A DNA stretch of 64,000 nt from Azolla caroliniana (Eukaryota; Plantae; Polypodiophyta). The stretch is taken from the NCBI GenBank assembly GCA_043228905.1, contig JBHGNT010000009.1, forward strand, positions 20,956,001 through 21,020,000, in the 5' to 3' direction. The position numbers were made by a program, and so were the translations under genes. The notes beneath the pieces were generated by a model, which ran no database searches, was not told where the DNA came from, and worked only from the letters and a program-made list of their open reading frames with translations. Shown piece after piece: positions 53,369 through 64,000 of this stretch (positions are counted from its first letter, which is position 1; each line of letters opens with the position of its first letter).

Positions 53369-53755
53369 ATGGAAAGTGTTCATCCCCTTCTATTATGGCT
53401 ACCTTATGTTGGTGGATTGAGGAGGAGTGAAACAAAGATGTTGGTGCCAAAGGCAACCACTTGTGCGAAATGTGGAAAAGATGCCTCTTTTGTGAAGTAT
53501 GACAATGTATTGGAAATCTTCTCATTACCACTTTGGAGATGGCCCGGGCAAAACCCTGCAATTATGTGTGACACATGTAAGGATTGGGTTTGGACGTCTC
53601 ATTTTGAGCCCTTCCCAACTCTTATTAATGGTACACATCAACAAGCGGTTCCTGAAGCACGTGTCACCCCAAGCCGTTGTTGGTCATGTGCTTCTTATCT
53701 TGAACCCGTCTATAGATTTTGTCCTGAATGTGGCTCCAGGCAAGATTTTTGGTGA
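53369..53755 (+). CDS. Double zinc-ribbon protein (zinc_ribbon_15-like, conserved plant family)
   Basis: ATG at 53369; VGG..., CAKCG, Y.NVL.IFSLPLWRWPG..P...CDTC, C-terminal RCWSC...YRFCPECGS. Confidence 0.85.
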   Translation: MESVHPLLLWLPYVGGLRRSETKMLVPKATTCAKCGKDASFVKYDNVLEIFSLPLWRWPGQNPAIMCDTCKDWVWTSHFEPFPTLINGTHQQAVPEARVTPSRCWSCASYLEPVYRFCPECGSRQDFW

Positions 53756-55399
53756 TCCTTAAAATAATGTAAGATTTGTAATCTTCTTTTCAAAAAAGGT
53801 TCATATACACTCAAAAACATTTAGTAAAATGGTTTGCTTGATAGCTAAATTCCATCTCATTCTATTTTGACACTTAAGATCATTTTCTTGCAACATGTTT
53901 TTGAAGCTTGTATAAATACTATATGTAACTCGTAATAACTTTCTTGACAGCACTCATTTTTTATAACAAGAAGGCTTTAACTTCCCAATGGATTGGTATA
54001 ATGTATTTGATTTGTTTTTATCATGATGTGCTCCAAAGTAAATAATTAAGATAAGGAGGCCAATGTTTAACATGTCTCCAAGAAGAGTTATGCAAAAAGG
54101 TGTTATGTTTAATCCTCGCCATGGGCTAGGCCTAGTCCCATATATCACTATCGGGCTCTTGTGGATGTCAAAAGGACAGCAATCTATCTCTCTTTCTAAG
54201 TTCAAATAATCTTGCATTTCAGCATATATAGAAAGCAATGGACAAAATTTTCTCCAATAGAATATAAAGGCCAATCACGATCTAGTCCGCAATCAATTGT
54301 TCACAAAGAAATGCATTTTATCAACTGCATGCATGTGTGTATACAATGCAAAAAGGAAACTGACAACTTTTTTCCACTCAAAATTGTGGTAGCAAAATAT
54401 CGTCAAAGCGCATCCACTTTTTTAGAAGAAAGGGGTGTAAGGGACATCACTTTTTGAGAAGAAAGGAGTGTAATTGTACACGATTGAACCTTAGTTAGCA
54501 CAAAATCGTCTAGACTCAACTTTTGGACCACCTCTATTAGATGAGTTTGTTCACTTTTGTGGCAAACACCATTCAATAACCAAGCCCTTTGCTATATATA
54601 TGTAAGGCCCTTAGCATTTTATCAAAAAGTCCAAAGAAATAAGGTCGACAACTAACTTCAATTGGTTCACCAAAGGTGTTTTTTGTTGAAGCCCACATAG
54701 TGCTTCCTTTTAGCTTCAAAATGTACTAGCGTCAATCATCTTGTAAAGACAAATGAATTCAAATATACCACATGCTCAAAACTTTCTATGACCATCTTAA
54801 AAGAGAGCTTTTTCCAGCATTATTACCACCATTCCTCACGAATATCTTGCACCTCTATTTTGCATAACACATCAAATAGCAGATAGATTAAAATTCATGT
54901 TCTATTGAGAATCTTGGATGATGATGATATACAAAGTTTATGAACCATTTGATTAAGATGTGACTAATAAGAAACATGGGTCTACCCATCAGAGAGTAGA
55001 CAATAGTATAAAAGCATGAGAGCCACTGGATTAAAGATTCAAACAAAGAAAATTTATACATTGATAGTTGTATCCATGCCTCAATAGAGAGTCAGAGCTC
55101 AATAATAGTTCAAGGAAAAGCTTTACCTTGTGTATATAACTTTACACAAAGTGCTAAATTATATATTAACGCCCAAGTGTCCAAGTGATGTATCATAAAT
55201 CATATTGAAATTCTTTTGAAAACAAAACTCATATTCTCACTACTAGCAAGTGGATTGCAGAAATATCCCTCCATCAAATTCACTCACGATGTTATATACC
55301 TTCTGAATCTTCTACTCATGACTGTGTCATTGAGCTGTATATTGACACACAAATTCAGCAAAAACCACGATTCATTAAAACTCATATTTAGAGCCCAGC

Positions 55400-58062
55400 T
55401 TATTGGGCATTTTTACTAATATTTTCATTAGAGGTTTTAAATTCTAATGCCCTCGCTTGATCCAAAGGAATGAATTTATAGCACGCCAATCCAATCGCCC
55501 CAATACAGAAAGCCGAGCAGAAAAAACCTACAGCCCATTTTTGTCGTACCTGTCTTCTTCTTCGCCGTCTCTGTGTGAGCTCTGTCAAAAAGAATGGTTT
55601 TTCTTTCTCAGCACTAAAACCACATCAGTAGGACTTGGAAAATGCCAATATACCATTATTATTTGATGAGCACCCTGGAAAACCACTAACAATTTGAAAA
55701 TCACTGATGTATCATAATAGTAAAACAATAACCATGGAATCAAGAGGAGAAATATTAAGCACCTTGTCAAACGACTAATTACTCCCACAAAGCTATTAAT
55801 AACCCCTCTATCAAGCATCCATTTAATCCAATCAGCAGCAACGAATACTAATCTCTAGCTCAGGCCTAAGTTCTAGCCAGACATACAATTTAGCACATGG
55901 CATTCCCGTAATTTTCAAATTATGGATGTCTTCCCTTAACAACAATATTAGATATATCACTGCTTTTGCGTATTTTAAAACATCAAGAGAACTATTTTCC
56001 ATTGCTTTACCTGTTATTTCTTGGTTTCGTTGGAACATTTCTCGATTGACAAGCTCAAGGTATTGCAACTTATCCCATAGCCTTGAGATTTCACGATTTT
56101 TGGACGCTACGATGGTGTCCATTTCCTCCTCTTTCTCTGCTCTTATGGCTGCTCGTGCTATAGCACCTCCAACAAGTCGAGCTACTATAACCTCTTGAGG
56201 TAGCTCATCAAAAAGATGAGCCTCCAGGCTCTGGTGTGAACAAGAAGCCTCAGACACTCTGGAGAATGAAAAATGAGGGCATTTCTTTGCCATCTCATTC
56301 AACCTCTTTTGTAGCAGAGCAGAAGATTCTTCCGCAAAGATTCTTCTTGTAATCTCTTCTTGTAACCTTAAGTTTATTGTTCCACATGACTGGGTGGCTA
56401 TGGATCTTCCAAGCCTTGTGCTTGTTGTCATTAAACCTTCATCCTCGCTTGAAGGATCTGAAATGAAATACCATCATCATTTTCAGCCTCTTCACCAATA
56501 ATAGATGGTTACAAATCAAACATTTGTTAGCGAAACAAACAAAGGCCCGTATTTTGAACCAAAAGGTCTACAGGTAACTCAACAGCAAAGAGTGAGCCTG
56601 CTTCCGGCATTAAGACAAGGGCAAAGCTTGTCGAATTGACGCATCGTGAAGTTTATTATCATTAGAATAACACCTTGAAAGATGGAAGTGACAAAAAAAT
56701 ATTTTTCATAATACTCCAAAGAATGTAACTCAACATTTATCTTTGGAATATAAACAGCTACCCCAGATTGATCTTTTGGATTATAAGCAAGATAGACAAA
56801 AAGTTGATCTTTGGATCTTTGGAATATAAGCAATATATATCCAAATTGATATTTGGTTAAAAAAGCCACGATTGATCTTTTGAAAAATAACTCCATATTT
56901 ATCTTTGGAATTTAAGCTACATATAGCCAGTGTTAATCTTTAAAACACAAGGAACATAAACACCGAATATTGATCTATGATAAGGCTAGGCCTAATTAGA
57001 ACTACAACTAAAAATTAATCAACAGAGTGATGCTATTAATAAAATAATTGAGGCTAAATCTAATTCAAAAGGTCAAAATTAAACCTGATCAAAATTAATT
57101 AAGAATAACAAGAAATCAACAGACAATTCATTAATCAGAAGAGCCTGAACTTAAGCCTTGCTAAACCAACAACAATCCATCAATAGGAGTCCATTAATCA
57201 AAATAGTTGAGGCAATTAAAACAAAAATAAATACAATACTAAAGAAATATGATTGCGTGCGGACACAAAACCATCATGAATCCGATGCTGAACATAATTA
57301 AAACTACAACAATACATGAAACGAAATAAAATAAGGCTAATTCTACAGAGTAATCTAATTCATCACGAGAACCTAATTAAAACTGCAATAATCAAGAAGA
57401 CTGAATCGAAACTCCAAAAAACTGAGTAGAAAAAACTCACCAGAAAGGGCCGAGTCAGGAGCATCAAAGAATTCAAGATCATCATTTGCGGCAATGGAAG
57501 GATCAGCCGGAAGTACAAGACTTTCAACAATCTTCCCATTCAAACTAGGATCAACCATTCTCATTTCATCATCATTATCTTCTTCTGTTTTGGATGAAGT
57601 GTTCGCAATACCTTCTGCCAACGTCTCTCTCTTCTCCAGTTCCATGTCAAAAACCTCACTTTCCAACCCGCCTACAAGCAATTCGACAGATTTCGTCTCT
57701 CCTTCTGATCTTTTCCCACCTTCATTAATCGATGATGGCGCAATTGACGTATTGTCTGAGCTTCTAGTTTGACTTGATGCAGCAGAGACGGGATTCTGAA
57801 GCACAGCGTTCCCATGGCCATTATTGACCTGAGGAGCTCTTCTCTTGAAATTCAAAACGTACGGAGAAGGGGACGACGGCGATGGGGAAGGGGGTCGCTG
57901 CTGAGTTGCAGGAGTTGTGTATAAAGGAGGGTAGAAAGAGAAAGGTAGGGTGGAGCTTGGATCGCCTTCTCTTTGCAAAGCTGAAGAAGAAGAAGATGCC
58001 GATGATGATGAAGGAGGTTCTATGATCAGTCTCTCGAGTGCCGCCACAGAAAGAGATGGCAT
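55400..58062 (-). CDS. Tail-anchored coiled-coil plant protein of unknown function (At3g50910/At5g66480-like)
   Basis: ATG at 58062 MPSLSVAALERLI; PPLYTTP...SPYVLNFKRR; EFFDA; KNREISRLWDKLQYLELVNREM.QRNQE; basic stretch followed by a C-terminal TM. Exons ~58062-57441, 56457-56010, 55582-55400. Confidence 0.88.
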
Positions 58063-58127
58063 CTCAGACCGATGCAAGCGGAGAAACAGAGAAGGAGAGA
58101 AAGCGAGGGAGGGAGGGAGGGAGGGAG

Positions 58128-58272
58128 GGAGGAAGGAAGAAACAATAAAAACCCTAATTCTTCTGCTGATAACAGGATGCTTAAAAAGAAAAAGAAAAAC
58201 CCTAATTTACAAGTTCAGGAAACCCTAAAGACACAGAGAGAGAGAGAGAGAGAGAGGGAAATGAAACCCTAG
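58128..58272. promoter_or_regulatory. Cluster of four telo-box motifs (AAACCCTA) in the 5' region of the coiled-coil gene
   Basis: AAACCCTA at ~58129, 58197, 58220 and 58264, among GA-rich tracts. Confidence 0.5.
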
Positions 58273-58700
58273 AAGAGAAGAGGCAGGAGGAACAGTGAGG
58301 CTCTCTCTATGATATTTCTTCTTTTGGAAACATTACCCAAAATGGGGCTCCAACTTCTAAGAAACTCCAAAAGTAGCCTCTACTTCTTCTTTTTTGCTTG
58401 CTAACCCTCCCCCCCAAAACAAAGCATATATCAATCAAAAAAAATTTTGCTAATTTTTACAGTCATTTTATACTTACTTTTAACCTTTTTGAAATCTCTC
58501 TTCTTCTTGTCATTCAAATTTCAAATGTTTTGGTCAAATTTCTTTCACTGTTCTCATATTACATTGCTATTTCGGGGCACTCCTTGTAGTGGAATCGGGG
58601 GGCCATTTATCTGGCTCTGGCAGTGATTATTACCCTATACTAACATTCATGCATCAATCTCGCCTATATATGAATGAGTATTACCCTACTTATACATGAG

Positions 58701-59760
58701 TTTTTGTTTTTTTTTGTTTTTTTTTTCCGAAAAAAAACTCCTTCCATTAGTTATAAAATTTTACAAATGAGACGATTATGTACAAATCCCTGAAGGGACG
58801 CGATAGTTCCATCGTATGTGGATGCCCACTGACTCAAGAAAGGGAGAGGACGACCATTGTTGGATGAAGGCTATTCATTGTCTTTCAACTCCCTCGGAGC
58901 CGCCCTTAAGGCCATCATATTGGCTCTTCAGAGTGGCTACAATTTCACTCAATATCTCTTGGAGTAACCTTGTTGGATGTGCGGTTTGGTTGGAGAAGAC
59001 TCGCATGCATCATTGTTTCCATAGAATCCAAAGGGTTATTGGGCTGACCAATTCCAACACCTCTTGAGATTTGTCATTAAGAGGAATGGAGTGGACAGTG
59101 CCGCTGGAGGAGAAAAGGACCTCTTGTGCTTTTATCACCAAAGTCATCCCCTCCTCTTGATGCTCGTATCTGCCAATTGCGGCCTGCCATGATAGCCAAC
59201 ATATATTTCCCCACTTGATTGAGCCTTGCACATGGCATAACATTGTTACGATGCTCAAATCTTTCCATTAGGGCTTGCCATCCTACCATAGCTCATCATG
59301 CCGAATGATTGAAAATGACATTGTTGGAACGCAAGGGGGATATGGGTGTCGTTAAGTGATGGTTAGTATGCTATATGCTTTAGCATGGGAGCAACAACGT
59401 GAGTTCTTCCTGCGTGGTAGAAAAGGGTGACAATGTCTACCCACAAAGGTATGCACAAACCACTCATGCAAAAGCTCATAGTATGCCAACAACTCCTTAT
59501 CGCACAATGTGTGTTGTGCCTTACTTGCATGCATTCATAATATTGAATGTTGTAGTAAACGCCTCTAATTTCCTACATAGGAAAGTGGCTCACGATCCCC
59601 TACTTCCCACCATACCTAGCTATGCATATGTCATGGATTGGTTTCATAAATAAGATGAAGCTTGTAATATTGTTGAACATTCGTAGGGGAGGCATGTTAG
59701 AAAGTGGGTCCTTTCCAACACGAGGCTAACCATTAGCCCCATTGCCAATCACCCTATGTA
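58701..59760 (-). mobile_element. 5'-truncated L1-type LINE with poly(A) tail
   Basis: Minus strand GSIKWGNICW...ITLWILWKQ*CMRVFSN..HPTRLLQEILSEIVATLKSQYD resembles the element at 8700-9070; T-rich tract at 58701-58727 is a poly(A) tail; possible degenerate TSD CTACTTATA at 58687 and 59762. Confidence 0.7.
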
Positions 59761-62700
59761 GCTACTTATATAAAGCCTTTATTGAAAAGTTGATTTATGT
59801 TCACCATTATTGTATCGTGGGAAATGGGAGAGTACTTAAAACATCCAACACAAGGCACATGTGCATAAGTTTGTTACATTGGCCATTGCTAGAAGGAAAT
59901 ATACAAAATTTTGACTATTTCAATAGCATGAAAACAAAGTATTTTACCATCAGGAGAATTTCGAAGTCTTCTTCTATATCTCATTATGGTAGAGAAACCT
60001 TGTTACTTTAAGCAAGCCTCATTCTAGAGCAATGATATTGAGCGCCAAAAACATCATCTTTATCTTGTTGAGTGTTTTATTATTTTGGAGGAAGGGTCAA
60101 AAGGAGACAAATAATTTCCATGCAATCCTTAATTAACTCTCTACGAACTTTATTGGAACACAACCACAAGATTGTGATCTAATAATGAATAAGAGATTAT
60201 AGATGTTGTGATTGGATCAAAACTACAAGAAAATAATATCGACATAGATAACCATATCAAAGGATGATGAGCCTTATATGTAGAAACTTGCTTTGACAAT
60301 TTTCAAAGAAGGTAAATTGTAAGGGTTGATATGCACCAAATTGCTTGATATGGATATGGAGGTCATTTTCCTTCTAGAAAATAAAGTTGAGTACCTACCT
60401 AGCAAAAGACTCGGTAGTCAAGCCATTTTCGATAGAGAATTGTTGGTGAGATGATCATCTCTTCTTGCATGAGTCCTAGAGTTGTCACATATGAGGACCT
60501 ATGTACCACCAAGCTGAGAGTATTAAATCATATAAAAAGTAGTGATTGGTGGTAGAACTTATGCTTAAGGTTTTGGGTTAAGGGCTCCATAAATAGGTTT
60601 GATGTTGCATTATGAGAACTTTTCATAAATTTAGTTCAAGCTCATGCACACACTCCACTCCTTAAATAATGGGTTAGCCACATTGTTATTGAGAAAGTTT
60701 CCATAATACAAAGAGTCACAATGATAGCGTCACGCTTATAAAGGTAATGCCAGGAAAGAGAAAATGGTTCTATTGTAATAGAAATGTGGTTGCATTCAAA
60801 AGGGAACATAAAGTGTTCTATTGTATTAGGAATGTGGATGCGTTCAATAGATTATATATATCGGAAATATGACTGCATGCAAAAAAACAAGACTCAAATG
60901 ATATGAGTATATGTTAGCAAAATGGTCTACGTGCAACATGCTTTACTCATGCATTTCTATACGCAATATCATTTGATAATGTTAATATGCTCAGGGCACA
61001 CATATTCTCTCTCCCATGTGTTGTTTAGAAACAAAGTTGGAATAAGCTCACACATACATCACACATGACACATATTCTATATTACACTATATTACTAATA
61101 GGAAATCCTTGTTGAAACTTCTCTCACCAAATTACTAGCTAGTTATGAGATAGTTGAAATACACGATGTAGTGATGCAAGATATAAATTTGGGGCAAGTG
61201 TTTCCTGAGACAATAACCAGAAAAATAGCTTGGCCCACTATAGTGTACTTTTCAAACCAAATCAATATAGACATCTTCTATGGTTTGTCATTTTTTTAAA
61301 ATAACAAAGATGCCTCATATTACGCTTTGCACAAGGATAATATCGTCATTACCCCTACTTTGCATTATACCCCTTGTGGAAAATTGAAAATACCATGATG
61401 CCTTTACCTTTAGGAAAGTGACAAGAGCACCTATTGTTTTCATTTCAAATTTCGTTAGTCCACTAAAAAAAGGGATACAAGTTTGGGGAAATATAGTGAT
61501 TCTTACACACGAGATGCTAGAATAGGGAAAACCAAATGTACAAGTATGGTATCTTTCGATCCCTTGGATAGCAAGAAAGCTTTAAAATAAAAGTTTTAGG
61601 TACGACATCTTTGATTCATTTTTTAAAGCTCTTTCTCCTTATTAGAAGTTTCAAGTGTTCACTTCATAGAAGACTTCTAAGATACTGTGTCACATGCATA
61701 TAGAACTCCATGGTTAAGTCAATGGTTAATGATCCAACAACAGAATCCTCAAATAATGTTCTCCAACACAAAGCATTATATAAAATACACAATTTTCGTT
61801 TCAACCTTTGTCGCTCTTTTAACTTTGAACACCCTGATGTATGAGAGAAGTTTATGAGCATAATGTATCATTATTTTATGAAAAAATGAGCCAGCCTAAG
61901 TGCATATATGCATGTATATAACCGAATGAAAATGGTATCTATCATATTGACTAGGGCATTGCGTATGGAATATTTAATTGGGTGTTTTCAAATTCAAAAA
62001 AATAATGTACTTGATTCTACAAATACACGTTACCTTTTAACTTTTGAGTGACCAATTGCAAATCAAGCATTAAATGGTCTAGTCAACTCAATTACACTCA
62101 TTAAAGCATCACATCTGGTCCATCACTCGCTTCATTGATGCGTGTCCTTATGAATCAAGGTTACAAATTTGAAGGAATTGGTTAAGACCAATTCAAGGTA
62201 CAAATTAAGACAAACTTTTTCGTCATCCACTAAAGAATTTTGAGGATTTTGATTACACAGGAGGTTTTCAATTCAGACAACAGCAAGGAGTTGTTGCATA
62301 GAACTAGTTCAACCCTTGACCAAACCTTGTGGGTTCATTGTCCTCCATTATCCCCTAACATTACTATTATGTCTCACAAAGGCTTCATTGGCACCATTTT
62401 GGCCATGTTGCTTCAACTTTCAGCTTCCTTGAGACTTATTAAACTGATTGGTAAACACGGGCAATCTAAAGGCCCAGAATATGTTTTTTTAAAGTAAAAA
62501 ATGATTCAATTTGGTGTATCCATGAGAATATGTTAAAAGAAATTAATATTATGGATAACACATTATTTGCAACAAATGACAAGAAAATGCTGCAGCGTGT
62601 CAGAATCACAATGACACAAACAAAACAATTACCATTTTCTTACCAAATTTAGACCTCCATTCATTTTCAGAGTATTTCAGTTGTCCATTCACATTTCTTC

Positions 62701-62891
62701 TGTTGCGTTATGAGTTTAACAGTCAGATTAGATGCTTTGTGACACTTCAAATTATCTTAAACTATATATTGCTGAAATGATTCAATATTTCCTTTCTATA
62801 AATATAAAGGGTGGAAGGATAGTTTATCAGTACTAAACATTATGCAGAGAAATTATGTACACATCGCAAAACATTGCAAAAATCTTGGGAG

Positions 62892-64000
62892 TTACCTAGA
62901 ATCTCTAAATAAAGTCAGCCATTTGGAAGATTCCTGTGGAACGTTTGTCTTGTAAGGCATCTTTTTTTGTTTTAAGTCATTTGAAGAGGAAAGATCAGAA
63001 TCATCCAGATGAGAAGGTTCATCGCAATCTAAGAGGGATGCATCATCTCCTCGTTGTTCATCAGAGGTAAATCTAGGAACACTTGAACAAACACCTAAAT
63101 CTGATGCATCTGAAGAGGCTTCTTTCAGATAAGTTGCAGCTGCATGCCAATCTCTTTTTGATTGTGTAATAGACGGATCCTTAACAACATTTCCATTCAA
63201 TCGCCATTCATTTTCCTTCATCTTTGTACCTAAATCTAAAATTGAAGACGACTCCAATTTGTGTAATGTTGCTTTCTTCTTAAGTTGCTGTTCTCGATTT
63301 TGCATTCTTTGTGTCTTAAGGCCCAGAATTTTTGCAGTTTCTTTAGCACCTCCCCATTTCTCCAAAGCACGTGCTATATGGTAGTGACCTGTGTAAAACA
63401 TCTCTCATTTTCTGTCTTTTGCTTTGTCTTATATATTGTGGCTCTACCCTAGTGGCAGGCTATTTTCAGCTGTATTAGAGCTGTCCCTAAAACCCTAAAC
63501 CCTTTCAAATCCCAAAAGTTGCACTACTTTACTACATGATTGCAGAATGTAAGGGACGAACATACAATTTTCTAGTCTCCACTGGTACCAGCTAAGCTAT
63601 GTTTGTCTGCTCTATCAAACACACACACTTAAAAGGTATTGTATTAATTGCATTACAAAGTTCACTGCCATGTACTGATCATTTAAATATTTCTGTTATA
63701 ACTGAACTTGAATGCCGATAAGAAAAAATCCAAGATACTGTATTTCATGGAAATACCTAGTTTCTCTATCGATAGACGGCTTGGCAATACATTAGGGTCT
63801 CCTCCAAGCTCCTTTTGAACAGCTATGATCTACACAATCAACAAAACCTCTCGTAAACTGAAAGTAATTCCTTTATATTAAAAGTAAGTTCTTTCATTGG
63901 CAGTTACCTCATTTCGCAAATTTTGCACATCATCCCAGTAGCCATCAGGCTTCCTTTCTTTATATGCCAGTGACAGTTTCATTCTCAATGCAACAGTTCG
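62892..64000 (-). CDS. 3' part of a conserved uncharacterised plant protein (KPxGYW...ARALEKWGG helical repeat); continues beyond the window
   Basis: Exons 64000-63908 (RKPDGYWDDVQNLRNE), ~63829-63757 (IIAVQKELGGDPNVLPSRLSIEKL), 63388-62892 (GHYHIARALEKWGG...QESSKWL) joined by GT-AG introns. Confidence 0.8.

Noticed and set aside
63484-63503. Telomere-like CCCTAAA repeats
   Set aside because: Only about two units within an intron; not an interstitial telomeric array

Overview
AT-rich nuclear DNA from a land plant with intron-containing genes. It is probably a non-seed plant such as a fern; this is inferred from the protein divergence and the PLS-PPR debris, not proven. It is not prokaryotic, and I found no operons or CRISPR arrays. 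Nine protein-coding genes can be reconstructed: a PHD-homeodomain (PRHA/HAT3.1-like) gene, a NIP1/NIP2-like RING-H2 E3 ligase that unexpectedly carries an N-terminal NZF/RanBP2 zinc finger with the ubiquitin-binding TF...M signature, an 18-coding-exon AMP deaminase with up to three GC-AG introns, a small DnaJ-type zinc-finger gene, an LRAT/NC-domain gene, a Sen1/UPF1-like SF1 helicase, a double zinc-ribbon gene, a tail-anchored coiled-coil gene, and the 3' part of an uncharacterised conserved plant gene. Intergenic and intronic DNA contains a non-autonomous hAT family (3 copies), two LINE remnants, a Ty3/gypsy integrase fragment, and a mitochondrial rrn26 insert split by a solo LTR with a perfect 5-bp TSD. 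It also contains a cytosolic 26S rRNA fragment bounded by a 13-bp direct repeat inside an AMPD intron, tRNA-like (SINE-head) repeats, and many tandem arrays. Exon coordinates were read by eye and may be off by a few bases. Family assignments come from recalled motifs, not database searches.
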